Below are positions 23,878-36,505 of a stretch of DNA of 64,000 nt, one piece after another. The DNA is from Octopus sinensis. Lineage: Eukaryota. The stretch is taken from positions 7,998,001-8,062,000 of the forward strand of contig NC_043002.1 in the NCBI RefSeq assembly GCF_006345805.1, in the 5' to 3' direction. Under the pieces are notes generated by a model that ran no database searches, had not been told where the DNA came from, and saw nothing but the letters and a program-made list of their open reading frames with translations. How positions within the stretch are numbered: position 1 is the stretch's first letter; every line of letters begins with the position of its first letter. The position numbers were made by a program, and so were the translations under genes.

Positions 23878-25486
23878 TTTTGTTCCGACTAAATCTGACG
23901 ATTTTCTGTCTCTTTTTTTTCGGGAACAGCTTGATATATTGGTAAACAGTGAATGCGTTGGAGAGCATGAAGTTTAAAGTTGTAGGTGTACTTATACTTG
24001 TACTTGTGGCGACATTCACCCTTGGCGGGTTGAGTCGGCTTCTTCTACCACCCTCCTCACCGTGGTGGGGACGCTGGCAACGGGTAGTGTCAGAGCTATG
24101 CCGTCGGGAACTTCGGCTCCTGGTAGGGCCACCCAAGGCGGATTGGTCTGACACCGAGTGGTATTAGGGCCACAACCCGGTAGACGGGACTCTGGTGAAA
24201 ATCCTCGGAGTATCTGCTTCGACATCCGGCGGCTCCTCGGTCGTAATGTCCCTGCGTCTGCGGACAATCTGCGGCAAACAGGATGTCTCCACGTGCGGGA
24301 TTGTTGGGGACCGCTTGGGAAATCCACATATTCCCTCGAAACTTCTTCCATGAATTCTCAATGAAAGTTGTAGGTGAAAATATTCAGCTGACATGGAGGT
24401 CTGGAAGCCACCTGAGTGTTGGAAAATAATTTCTTGTCGCATGATAATTCGCATCGGGTACCAAAATGCCGAAATATCGACTGCTGCTCAATGCTCTATG
24501 AACAATGTAAAATCTGTGAGAAGTGACATGGACAGCTACAACGGAGACTACGAAGCCGTGGCGAACAGAGAAGGATACAGCAGGCGTTCATCAAACAACT
24601 GCAGGACAAAGTGGTGGATCTAAGTAAGGAAATACAGGCTTTGGCGAAAGGAATGGGTGTTGGAGTCGCCACAATGAAGCTGGCTCTGAATGACGACCTT
24701 CGCTACCACCCATACAAGAGGCACAAGGTGCAAATTCTGACATTCAGGGCCAAGAACCACATGTCGAAAGTAACGAAACTCCTGAACAAGCTGAGGCATC
24801 CTGCTGAATCAGGGATGACCGTGTTCTTCTCACAAGAAAAGAACTTCTATAAGGACCAGTTGCACAACACCCTGAACAATTCATGTGATGTGCTACTAAT
24901 CACGAAAACAAAGTCTCTTTGGGCCATGATGATCTTTGGGTCTGTCTCTTTTAACAAGACCTTAGACTCAATTCAGACGGCTATGTAAAGATGCTGAAAA
25001 CTGTGATCAAATTGGAAGAATGTTGCTGTTGGAAGGTCATATGTATGGCAGCAGCACTTTGGCACCGTGCTATTCCTCCGGAAAAAATTTAGAAGTGGTT
25101 ACCGGAGAATTTCTACGACTTCACCAGCCCTAATTTCTGGCCTCCTAATTCTACAGATTGAAACCTCATGGATTACAATGTGTGGGCGCGGTTGAGAAAG
25201 ACACCAACTGTTCTGCTTGCAACACAAAGGCCAGGCTGGTGGCCAAGAACATGAAGGTGTTCAAAGATCTTCTCAGGGACACAATGGGAAACACATGCTC
25301 CACGTTCCAGAGCCAACTTCAGGCAGTGGTGGAAGCAGAAGGCGGCTAACTTGAGTAAACTGTTATCTTCCACTCAAATTCTAGTTGATATTTTGTTTTG
25401 CTTTTTTAGAATACTTTTATTTTTGGATGGGATATTGTGTTTTCTTTTCTTTTTATGCAATTTGTCAAATTAGCCCGAACACTCTG
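23878..25486 (+). mobile_element. Degenerate Tc1/mariner transposon, DD37D (maT)-like, interrupted by a retroposon
   Basis: Translated pieces include DLRYHPYK, VFFSQEKNF, YVWQQ, NFWPPNS..LN..DY and AVVEAEGG. Degenerate TIRs TGTTCCGACTAAATCTGAC (23881) and GTCAAATTAGCCCGAACACTCTG (to 25486), followed by TA. Confidence 0.75.
23989..24363 (-). mobile_element. Short retroposon with 5' inversion and 13-bp TSD
   Basis: TSD AAAGTTGTAGGTG at 23976-23988 and 24364-24376; (CAAGTA)n-type tail; homologous to 57670-58064 but with about 295 bp inverted. Confidence 0.88.
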
Positions 25487-25519
25487 TATACCGAGTACAA
25501 GTTTTGTTGAATTCTATTT

Positions 25520-26720
25520 ATAAGCCGCGAAGAAACCGTTGAAAATGGCGAAGGAGTTTCTTCTATTTCCACTGAAGAACATACAGACACTCTCAAGAAT
25601 ATTTGCATCACTCGTCGGATGAAAAAGACAGACAGTATAGTTAAGCGGGTGTGCAGAAAAGCCTACTTCTACGAGAACAGGATTACACATAGACAAATAC
25701 AGGTTCAAGTCGCGGTAGCACAACCATTCAGGTGAAAGATTTTGGAAACTCTGAACCCGTTTCTCATTTTGAAAAAAATAGGTAGAGTTTCAGCATTACA
25801 TAATGATTTCCACCACAAATGTAAACAATTGTAAGACACCTCGCAAGCAATCTCAATGAGCTCATTCTTGCAGACAAAGCAAAAAAAGGCACACAGGAAC
25901 TTGACACTGCAACGCACAAGAGACACTTTCGCGAATAACATTATCAAAACTTTCAGGGAAATCAGTCTCTCAACATATAACACTGAAACGAACGAACTGG
26001 CCTTTGAATACAAAACCTCACGGGTTGCCTGACCTTGTTATTCCTCTTAAGAATCACAAACCCATTTTCGTCCCCAACCCCAGATGCAAACTAATAAATC
26101 CCTTCGAAAATAATTTGGGCATACTTAATAAGAGTATTCTCGGCGCCATTAATTTTGAGATTAGAAGTGCTACGAGATTAAATTAACAGAACTACAGCGC
26201 CATTGAAATCAAGTGGCCCCAGAAACTTGAAAGCAAAAGCACCTCTAAATTCAGCAAATTTATATATATTTCTTTACTACCCACAAGGGGCCAAACACTG
26301 AGAGGACAAACAAGGACAGACAAAGCGATTATGTCGATTACATCGACCACAGTGCATAACTGGTACTTAATTTATCAACCTCGAAATGATGAAAAGCAAA
26401 GTCGACCTCGGCGGAATTTGAACTCAGAAAGTAACGACAGACGAAATACAGCTACGCATTTCGCCCGGCGTGCTAACGTTTCTGCCAATTCGCCGCCTTC
26501 GAATTCAGCAAATTTATATAGTGAATTGTCACCCGCCCTCTCTGCAGAAGACAATTTGCTACGATCAGCAAGCCCGATATTAGAACAGTAACGAATACGG
26601 AAAGTCACTATTATGTCTATTTCTATTAATTTCTATTAATTCAAAACGATGGGAACCTGTTCAATGTCTTCGTGAGATAAAGACATCGTTACATTAGTGG
26701 AATACAAAGTAAAACACTGT
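25520..26720 (+). pseudogene. PLE RT N-terminal fragment (C-terminal-EN type, possibly Hydra clade), interrupted by a SINE
   Basis: IPLKNHKPIFVPNPRCKLINP...LGILNKSIL.AIN.EIRSATRLN matches the xLKDHKxNFxxNPxCRLINP motif of these PLEs; DIVNCHP-like motif follows the SINE. Confidence 0.7.
26272..26499 (-). mobile_element. SINE family A with 19-bp TSD
   Basis: TSD AATTCAGCAAATTTATATA on both sides. Confidence 0.9.
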
Positions 26721-27194
26721 AATAGTGTTTCGCATTGACTTTACGCAAGCAGAGTGCAACTGTTTCTATGATGAGACTTCGCTTATCTACTGGGAACCAA
26801 GCTTACCAACAATCAATAAGAGACTACCATTCAAGCTCAACGCAGCTAAAGTTACACTTAGGGCCAATATCTAACTGATTACTCACTTAGGTATCACTAT
26901 AGTTTTAAGCAGACATAGAGATTCTCTCGGCTCCTCCTCAAATTATTCCCTGCGAAACATCCAGGATGTGACAGCTGAAGGGAGAGAATGACCTACACAG
27001 CACTCTGCTGGTACTCGTTTTCATCTGAACAAACTAGAGCATCGTGAAATGAAGAACCTTGCTCAAGGAAACAATGCGCCAACTAGTCCAGGAATCGAAC
27101 TCACAACTTTGCGATCATGAGCTGAACATCCTCTCCACTAGGTTTCACTGTACACAATAGGTCATTAAAACAAAGGGACCAAATGACATATATT

Positions 27195-27423
27195 TGTTTC
27201 TTTATTACCCACAAGGGGCTAAACACAGAGGGGACAAACAAGGAGAGACAAACGGATTAAGTCGATTACGTCGACCCCAGTGCGTAACTGGTACTTAATT
27301 TATCGAACCCCGAAAGGATGAAAGGCAAAGTCGACCTCGGTGGAATTTGAACTCAGAACGTAACGGCAGACGAAATACGGCTACGCATTTCGCCCGGCGT
27401 GCTAACGGTTCTGCCAGCTCGCA
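27195..27423 (-). mobile_element. SINE family A
   Basis: Full-length copy; possible TSD ACATATATT. Confidence 0.88.
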
Positions 27424-28048
27424 GAATAACATATATTATCCAAGCTTTTATTGTGTATGTGGGGGGGGGGTTACTGTTCCGTCGCGGTAAGATCAACAAA
27501 AGAAGTGCACTGTATGAAGATAAGAGCTACTAGTAGGACTGATTTGGGACTAAACGACAACAGAGCGCCCGCATTTTTATGTTTGCTTCTATTTCCCTTC
27601 TTCATTTTCGTTCTTTGAATTCTTGAAATTCTGAAAGAACGTCAAAAACATTATACTCTCTCTTTCACAGAAACACACAGACACCACACACACACACACA
27701 CACACACATGCACACACACACACACGCATACAACTCACTTCCCTCTTCACACGTAAAACAGAGGATGAATTTCGAAGATGACTGGGACGCAGTATAGTAT
27801 TGCTAATGTCGTGTGTTCGTGCACCGTGTCCATTCTCGAAAGGAACTGAAGTAAATAATGATACGTGTAAATAAATGAATAAATAAATAAATAAATAAAT
27901 AAATGGGCGATGAAGATGTTAAAAAAATAGATAAAAATACAGGAAGTACACGAAAAAAGGAAGCAATTACACTTTCACGAAGCATCGCACATTACCAACC
28001 CTAAATACGAGCTAACTAGGGAGGTTCCCTATAGAAATGGCAATGGTA

Positions 28049-28101
<53 letters not shown>

Positions 28102-28175
28102 CGGCGGTGCATCAGCATGGCCGCAGCACTGAGCTGAAACAAGAAAAAATATATATATATATAGGTATGTATATG

Positions 28176-28271
<96 letters not shown>

Positions 28272-28339
28272 TGTGTGTGTACATATATATATATATGTGT
28301 GTATATATCAAAATAAGCGACAAGGATATCCAAGGTATT

Positions 28340-29350
28340 GTAGTACAATTGTTTCATGCTACTTCATTTTATTAAGCACTGTAAGTATTACATCAGTTTT
28401 AAAATGTCGAGCAATCTTCAGCCACATATAGAATTTTTTAATTAAACGGACAATGCACATTCTTATACTTATTTCATTTAACAACATTACATCATCCCTG
28501 TATAAACCACCACCCATTTCAGGAAATTCACTATCGAATTTATGTATAATGTATAAACCAACTAAACCTGTGGCTTGAGCAGAGTCCGATGATCCCATGG
28601 CTATATCAAAGCAGTCAGGTGTATCCTTACGTGCCAATAGTTTATTATCGAACTTAATTACTGATTTACTGGCTGTTAGTATGACTTGAATTTCTTTCCT
28701 AGACAATCCAGTATTATATCTAACAAATATTAGAGCACTATTTAGGACTGTGGGGTTAACTGAAGAGGAATAGTTGTTAATATCTACCTGTAGGAATCTG
28801 TATTTATTTTTATTTTCTATTTTGATGAACCATTCTATTGCTTCTTGTGTATTAGACCATAGTTTAAGTTTAATTTTTCTCTTGAGTTTATCCATAATGC
28901 ATTTACTAAGTTTACCTATGGCCAATCGAGCAGGACAGATTAGTCTAACTTTAGGGTTTGTTTGAAAATTATCGTTATGGTTCTTTAAAGAGATTCTAGG
29001 CCTTAAAGGAAAAAAGGTTCAGTTTTGTCTTCAATAGCATATTCAATCATAATTTTTTTAGCTTGAAGATTAATTATTCTTAATGTATTTTTAGTAACTA
29101 CTTTGAATTTTTTTTTTTTTTTTTGGTGATAGATAAAGGTTCAAATTATATGTATTTCCTGTTTTTTTTTCAGATTGAACTAATATTCCTTTGTTTAGAT
29201 TTCAAATCCAAAATTATAGATCTTAACTCCTGGCTACTTTCCCACTTGACAGATTAAATATGGAGTGTCTTGATTGTAATTAAACATATTTTCTCAATCG
29301 AGTCGAACTGCATTTTAGGCGCAAAATATACTGCCTCGTGATATTAACGC
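28340..29350 (-). pseudogene. PLE reverse transcriptase fragment
   Basis: PRISLKNHNDNFQTNPKVRLICPA..IGKLSK..WSNTQEAIEWF..FLQVDINNY.SSV..FDIAMGSSDSAQ..LVGLY..GLYRDD covers RT motifs up to YRDD. Confidence 0.88.
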
Positions 29351-29744
29351 ACGGACGTAGCGGGAAACGTACAGAAGGTTCTAAACTTAATCGTATCTTA
29401 ATTCTCTACATAAAATAATAACCATAACCATAAACATGACCATGAAGCTAAACATAAATAAGAATAAGTTCGGGACCCAAACGAGGAATAATGCTATAAA
29501 TACTGATAACACGGTTAATAGATTACACAATAAATATATATTGGACAAAAAGAACCAGCATATAACTAGCGTAGTAGAAGCGAAAAGGATAGACCTGGAG
29601 ACCAACGCTAATCCTTATATTGACAATAACAATATTAACATGCATATAATACACCTTACGTATACCAAACATAAAGCAAGTTATGAACATAATCAGCTTC
29701 CGTCAAAGTCAATAAGAACATGAGTCCATCCACCAATTATTTTC

Positions 29745-30075
29745 AATTCAATTTTTATTGGCTCAAAAAGCAAAAGCAAGGCCATCTAGGGGGACAGGGA
29801 GTTATGTACAGGGAGGGTGGTCATACAAAGAGTTCAGGCCATTTCTGGTCAAGAGAGACTTTGAACCGAGCGGTCGTCGGTATCTTCGCAACCCGGACGG
29901 AGAAAGCCCCTCTCCTTCGATTGAGATGAAATCGTCGTAATAGAGCTTTTCGGGGTGACCCCGCAGCCGACGCTCTGGAACAGGAGTGAAGAACAGCTCT
30001 TTCGAGAGGTTACACTTTCCGCTTATGATGTTGTGAGCGAGAATGAGATCACCACGGCGTCGTCGTTTTTCAAGA
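29745..30075 (-). mobile_element. CR1-type LINE 3' end
   Basis: KRRRRGDLILAHNI...RLRGHPEKL...RRGAFSVRV...FK.SLD is the CR1 C-terminal signature; 3'UTR has AATAAA and a (TTGAA)n-like end. Confidence 0.75.
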
Positions 30076-30199
30076 GAATAGAGAATTTGTTATTATAATA
30101 ACAAATTTAACTCTATTTACAATATAAAAAGAAATAAAAATTATATACCTTATATTAGATCCAAATTGGAAAACTATCACAATCCAACTTCTGGTAATA

Positions 30200-31230
30200 A
30201 TAAAGGAAAATATTATCTGGCTAATATTGCCCTTCGCTAAACAATTAAAACTAACTTGATTAGAGTTAAACGATGGTTAATAAATAAACCGTTCTCTCCT
30301 AATAAAAATAAATATGACTTATTTCACAGCAGATTTTTTAGATGTGGTTATTCCGTTTCTCGTAATTTATTTAGATATATATCTTCTTTAAATTCTGCTA
30401 AATTAGATAAATTTTATGATAAACGTAAGCATATTCTTCCCCCTAATAAACAAAATAACAATGTACCATTTATACAAGAGTCCCTATATCCAAATAACAA
30501 TCCAGGGGAGATTACTGCCCGTAACCCACCCGTAATTGCTAGTGACAATATGAATTTTTTGTGTAATGAGATAAAAAAAACCAAGGCTGTATAGATATTA
30601 AAGCATTTATAGATAGGTCTTACAGCTGTTTCTAGAATATTAATTAATAATAATATCCCTTCATCGGAGACGGTGTGAGAGGAAAAGTTAAGTCTTAGTT
30701 AGTTTCGATGAGATATAAATAGAGAGTGAGGTGGAGGAAAGAAAATAGATATAAGATATGTATGGTTATTGAGCTCATAAATCCGTTTTATAGGCATAAT
30801 GGTATATATGTGTAATATTCCAATATCCTTTGAGTAAAATCCAAAAGTCCAATAGAGCTTAATATGAGTCCATCCAAATGTAAAGTTTATAAGCAATGTA
30901 ATTTTTGTGGTTGTAAAGTTAAAGAACAATAAAAATTTAATAATTATTGCAAACGGATTAATTTCAATCTTATATCAAGGCGCGCCTGGCTAACTACGAA
31001 TGTTCTTTTAAAAAATCTGCTAAACGTTCTTCTACTAGTCTTAATACGTTCATCTGGAAATTAAAAGACGGTAATATAAGTTTTAAAATTAGATGGAAGA
31101 TTATATGTTTTGCAAGACCTTATCACCCACCGGATAGAAAATTCAACTCTGTACATCCGAACGCTATTCTAGTAACAAAAATTATTAAGTGAGAGGGTTG
31201 GAAAGTTCTCCCTGTGCTTACACACTCCTA
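30200..31230 (+). pseudogene. PLE linker and C-terminal endonuclease relic
   Basis: NIIWLILPF..., LINKPF...LF....GYS..RNL..YISSLNSAKL, and FIWKLKDGNISFKIRWKII..ARPYHP. Confidence 0.65.
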
Positions 31231-31274
31231 AATATCTATTTTATAAATAACATTAATCATTCTGTAATTATTAA

Positions 31275-31572
31275 CAAGCAGTATCGCCCGGCGTTGCTCG
31301 GGTTTGTAAGGGAAATAACTATATAAGCATTTTTAGAGAGTTACTTCCCTTATATAATAGCAAAAAATGCATTAAAAATGGGAAAGAATGATGTTAAATT
31401 TTTTTTTTAATCGTAGACTCATCGTAGACGCGCGCTAATACCCAGAAGGGCTCGATATGAATCACGACTATAAGATACCCGAATTTGGTTAAACTGCACC
31501 GCAAAATGTGGGAGTAGTTAGGAATCTAAATCGTAGGAGACAGACACACAACTTCACTTTTATATATAAAGA
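31275..31572 (-). mobile_element. Non-autonomous Helitron
   Basis: Minus strand starts A|TCTTTATATATAAAAG and ends with the hairpin CCCGAGCAACGCCGGG then CTTG|T (CTAG variant); no TSD. Confidence 0.8.
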
Positions 31573-32409
31573 TATCACTTATATTTAGGTCCAGTATTAA
31601 CCATTAACAATTTACATAATTGAAACTTAATTAATTAGACCCTTTTAGCACCAGAATTTATATCTATCACATGAGTTTTATGTTTTCCTTTTCACCCCCT
31701 TGTTCAATTAAGCTAACCTATCCTTCATTTATTTTATTATATAATGTTTCCCTTGCATATTTAAGTATTATTATTTTTCTTTTTATTTAAGTTTATACTA
31801 TATATATTTTACATATATGTATATTTTTCTTTAATTTCTATTTATTATTGATTTTATTTTTATCCTTCTTATCTTCTTAGGTTATCTTTATTTTTTTGTT
31901 GTTTATTTTTATTTACTTTATTTATTTTGTACTATATGGCATCTTCACTAATATCTATAACTCACCACCTAGATACGCTTACATTATATACAGGATCTAA
32001 CTTCTTACACTTATAACTGTTTTGTATGCATCCTTCCTATAAGCTCATAATAACCATGGAGAAGTTCTGCCCCATATAGTTAGAAATATTACCATTCTTA
32101 GCATATAACCAAAGGCTTAGAATTTCATATCAACTAAAGGCTAGAACTGAAACATATATGTAGGTTTTTCGCATCGCCCATTTTCTTTTTGAGCTTTACA
32201 ACTTATAATTTATTTGTATAGTTACTTTTTTTTAAATTACAACATCTTTATATCATACAAATATATTATTCAAACACCCATCTTTCTCTATTTACTTTCT
32301 TTCATTATTAATAATATGTATTACTACAATAATCCCTAACATAGTGCAGAGCCTCCCTCATTATATGACAGTGATTAACCAGTGGAATTTTTTGGATTAT
32401 ATAATCCCT

Positions 32410-32640
32410 ATTTCTTTACTACCCACAAGGGGCTAGACACAGAGAGGACAAACAAGGACAGACAAACGGATTAAGTCGATTACATCGACCCCAGTGCGTA
32501 ACTGGTACTTAATTTATCGACCCCGAAAGGATGGAAGGCAAATTCGACCTCGGCGGAATTTGAACTCACAACTTAACGGCAAACGAAATGTCGCTTAGCA
32601 TTTCGCCCGGCGTGCTAACGTTTCTGCCAGCTCGCCGCCT
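32410..32640 (-). mobile_element. SINE family A with 15-bp TSD
   Basis: TSD GATTATATAATCCCT at 32395-32409 and 32642-32656. Confidence 0.92.
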
Positions 32641-33057
32641 TGATTATATAATCCCTAATGTGTATCAAACATCCTCGAATTGACTATTTATATATATATT
32701 TATACGACGTGTTTCTTTCAGTATCCGTCTACCAAATTCGCTCGCAAGGTTTTAGTCGGCCCGAGGCTGTAGAAGACACCTCCTGAATGTGCCACGCAGT
32801 GGGACTGACCCAGAACCCTGTGGTTGGAAAGCAAATTTCTGTATCTCAAATTTACTAAATCAACTGAAATGCCCTCGCTGTAGGATGGGGCGAATGTTTG
32901 TTTGTTTGTTTTATGAACATTGACCTCTATGATTATTTGGTTTTGTAAAGGAGTACAAGTTTATATGATAAAAATTGCCGCACCTTACGTTACTGGAAAT
33001 ATATGTAGATTTAGTATATTAGTAGATGTAAAGCTACATACAATAATATATACATAC

Positions 33058-33290
33058 AGGCGGCGAGCTGGCAGAAACGTTAGCGTGCCGGACGAAATGC
33101 TTAGTAGTATTTCGTCTGTCGCTACGTTCTGAGTTCAAATTCCGCCGAGGTCGACTTTGCCTTTCATCCTTTCGGGGTCGATAAATAAAGTGCCAGTTTC
33201 ACACTGGGGTCGATGTAATCGACTTAATCTTTTTGTATGTCCTTGTTTGTCCTCTCTGGGTTTAGCCCCTTGTGGGTAGTAAAGAAATAT
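33058..33290 (+). mobile_element. SINE family A with 16-bp TSD
   Basis: TSD ATAATATATACATACA on both sides. Confidence 0.9.
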
Positions 33291-33724
33291 ATAATATATA
33301 CATACAACACTACAAAGACAAAAATAAATAGTACCAGATTAACTTTTAATTCATTATTCCCATTTCTAAAGTCTCTTAACTTATTCCTAAAAATATCGTG
33401 CACAATCATCTCCGGTAATCAAAGTCAATCCGAGGTACGTTATTTATTGACACCGGCAGTTTGAAAAGAAAAGTCGATTCAGCAGAATTTCAACCCAGGA
33501 TGTAAGGGGACAGAACACAGAAGACATTTTGTCCAATGGTCTAACTAGTCAAGCCATCTATCACTCAATTCGAGTTAAATATCAGTCGTTATACTTTCAG
33601 TACAATTAACGCTCTTTTTCATATTTTGTATTTAATGCCAGCGGCGCAACAAGCTGCTTCTCGCGTAGGCACCTCAGTGTGCTGCTCAAAATCGCTTGAG
33701 AACTCGAACGAATAGGAATCTCCA

Positions 33725-34130
33725 GGAGTGGCTGTGTGGTAAGTAGCTTGTTTACCAACCACATGGTTCCTGGTTCAGTACCATTGCGTGGCACCTTGGG
33801 CAAGTGTCTTCTACTATAGCCTCGGGCCGACCAAAGCCTTGTGAGTGGATTTGGTAGACGGAAACTGAAAGAAGCCCGTCGTATATATGTATATATATAT
33901 GTGTGTGTGTGTGTTTGTGTGTCTGTGTTTGTCCCCCTAGCATTGCTTGACAACCGATGCTGGTGTGTTTATGTCCCCGTTACTTAGCGTTTCGGCAAAA
34001 GAGACCGATAGAATGAGTACTGGGCTTACAAAAGAATAAGTCCCGGGGTCGAGTTGCTCGATTAAAGGCGGTGCTCCAGCATGGCCGCAGTCAAATGACT
34101 GAAACAAGTAAAAGAGTAAAAGAGTAAAGA
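33725..34130 (+). mobile_element. SINE family B, full length
   Basis: GGAGTGGCTGTGTGGTAAG head through the (TAAAAGAG)n tail. Confidence 0.92.
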
Positions 34131-34352
34131 GATATCATGGATCTATATGTGTAATCCCCTTTCTAAAATTCAGACTTGGGCAAAGTTTGTTTGCAAGACC
34201 GCTTGATTCTCATACATGTAAGTCTTCTCATTTCCCACCGCCGATGTTTTCCTAGGGAGACGCCAAGGACCCATACAACTTGATCCTAGTATTGTTGCTG
34301 TCAGAAAGAATACAGTCCGGGTCCGATATGTAAGGTATTTATTTGACGCTCT

Positions 34353-34927
34353 AAGGCGGCGAGCTGGCAGAATCGTTAGCGCGCCGGGCGAAATGCTTAG
34401 CGGTATTTCGTCTGCCGTTACGTTCTGAGTTCAAATTTCGCCTTTCATCCTTTCGGGGTCGATTAAATAAGTACCAGTTACGCACTGGGGTCGATATAAT
34501 CGACTTAATCAGTTTGTCTGTCCTTGTTTGTCCCCTCTGTGTTGTGGGTAGTAAAGAAATAGGTATTTCGTCCGTCTTTACGTTCTGAGTTCAAATTCCG
34601 CCGAGGTCGACTTTGCCTTTCATCCTTTCGGGGTCGATAAATTAAGTACCAGTTGCGAACTGGGGTCGATATATTTGACTTAATCCGTTTGTCTGTCCTT
34701 GTTCGTCCCCTCTGTTTTTAGCCCCTTGTAGGTAGTAAAGAAATAGGTATTTCGTCTGCCATTACGTTATGAGTTCAAATTCCGCCGAGGTCGACTTTGC
34801 CTTTCATCCTTTCGGGGTCGATTAAATAAGTGCCAGTTATGAACTGGGGTCGATATAATCGACTTAATCCCCTTGTCTGTCCTTGTTTGTCCTCTCTGTT
34901 TTAGCCCCTTGTGGGTAGTAAAGAAAT
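34353..34927 (+). mobile_element. SINE-A trimer flanked by a single 20-bp TSD
   Basis: TSD AGGTATTTATTTGACGCTCT at 34333-34352 and 34928-34947; internal junctions GAAATA|GGTATTTCGTC. Confidence 0.92.
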
Positions 34928-35214
34928 AGGTATTTATTTGACGCTCTGACATTTCCACCAATCACAACCCTGATAGATTGGGGGAATATCTTATCAATTG
35001 ACCTCGGGTGAGATCTGAACAAAGATAGACAGAATAAATATCGCAAAGCATTTTATCCGGTGCCATTACGGCTCTGCCATATCTGCAACTTATTCCAACT
35101 TATTATTTATAACGTTAAGATAATCGTCAAGCCGACCATATGACTTACAATCCAATGTGTTTCTGCATAGATTCCGCTTAGCCAGTTCTACTTACAAGGA
35201 TAAGGGGTAAGCTA

Positions 35215-36505
35215 CGAGGGGCGTTCAATAAGTAATGCCTCTGACCCACTTGCAGTTGTTTGATCTAGCTGAAAATTTACATGTACAATTATTTATATCT
35301 CTATAGATTAAGTGGCAAATTACAGCTCTGAACTAATTGTGGTTTCTGATTTACAGGTGTTTGAACTGAGTCAAGTGTGAAATGGAGCCTGTTGAGTGTC
35401 GAGCAGTGATCGGGATTTTGTATTTGAAAGGACGCACACCACGGGAAACTTTTGATGAAATGAAAGTAACTTATGGTGATGATGCCCCATCATATCACCT
35501 TGTAAAACGCTGGCATCGTGAATTCAAACATGGTTGGAACTCTGTGGAAACAGCTCCCAGATCTGGTCGCCCCCCTTCTGCCATTGATGAGGTATCTGTC
35601 CGTCAAGCTGAGGCTGCCATTTTGGAAGATCGACGCATAACTATTCGCCAAATAGCCCATGAGGTCAAGTTTAGTACCGGGTCTGTGGAAACTATCATTC
35701 ATGACCATTTGCATATGCAAAAGGTGTCTGCCAGATGGATTCCCAGGTTGCTCACACCTTTCCAGAAGCAAGAACGTGTTGAGAGCTCAAGGATGAATTT
35801 GGAGATGTGCCAAGAAGATGAGTCAAATTTTTTCAAAAAACTGATTACACAGGATGAAACCTGGGTCCATCACTATGATCCAGAGACCAAAGCCCAGTCA
35901 ATGCAGTGGAAGCTCCGTGACTCACCTCCTCCAAAGAAGGCAAGGGTGCAGCCCTCCGCTGACAAGGTCATGCTCACAGTCTTCTGGGACCAGGACGGAG
36001 TAGTGATGACAGATTTCCTGGCAAAGGGTACCACAATTACAGGAGCCTATTATGCTTCACTTTTGAGGAAATTAAGAGAAGCTATCAAAATCAAGAGGCG
36101 GGGCAAGATCAGCAAAGGCATCCTCCTCCTGCAGGACAACGCTCCGGTCCACAACTCGCGTGTCGCCAGATCAGAAGCACAGGTGTGCGGCTATGAACTC
36201 CTCCCCTATCCCCCTACTATCCTGACCTTGCACCCTCTAATATTCACCTCTTCCCAGCCATGAAGTTGTTTTTGAAAGGAAAGCGTTTCCCAGATGATGC
36301 AGCCTTGATTTCTGAAGTCACGTCGTGGTTGGAGGACCAAGCTGGGATCTTCTACAAAAACGGTCTCCAGAGCTGTATCAAACGATGGGAGAAATGCATA
36401 ACTCTGGGTAGTTCCTATGTAGGAAAAGACTAATAACTGTGCCAAGTTCGTTGCTCTACTGCTATGGGAAGTGGGTCAGGGGCATTACTTATTGAACGCC
36501 ACTCG
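35215..36505 (+). mobile_element. Mariner (DD34D) transposon, copy 1, full length
   Basis: TIRs CGAGGGGCGTTCAATAAGTAATGCC / GGCATTACTTATTGAACGCCACTCG; TA TSD. Confidence 0.96.
35382..36433 (+). pseudogene. Mariner transposase with a single frameshift
   Basis: WIPRLL, QDETWVHHYDP, LQDNAPVH. A 1-nt deletion lies in the PPYxPDLAPSD region near 36210. The shifted frame continues to a stop at 36431-36433, and the third catalytic Asp reads Asn. Confidence 0.93.
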
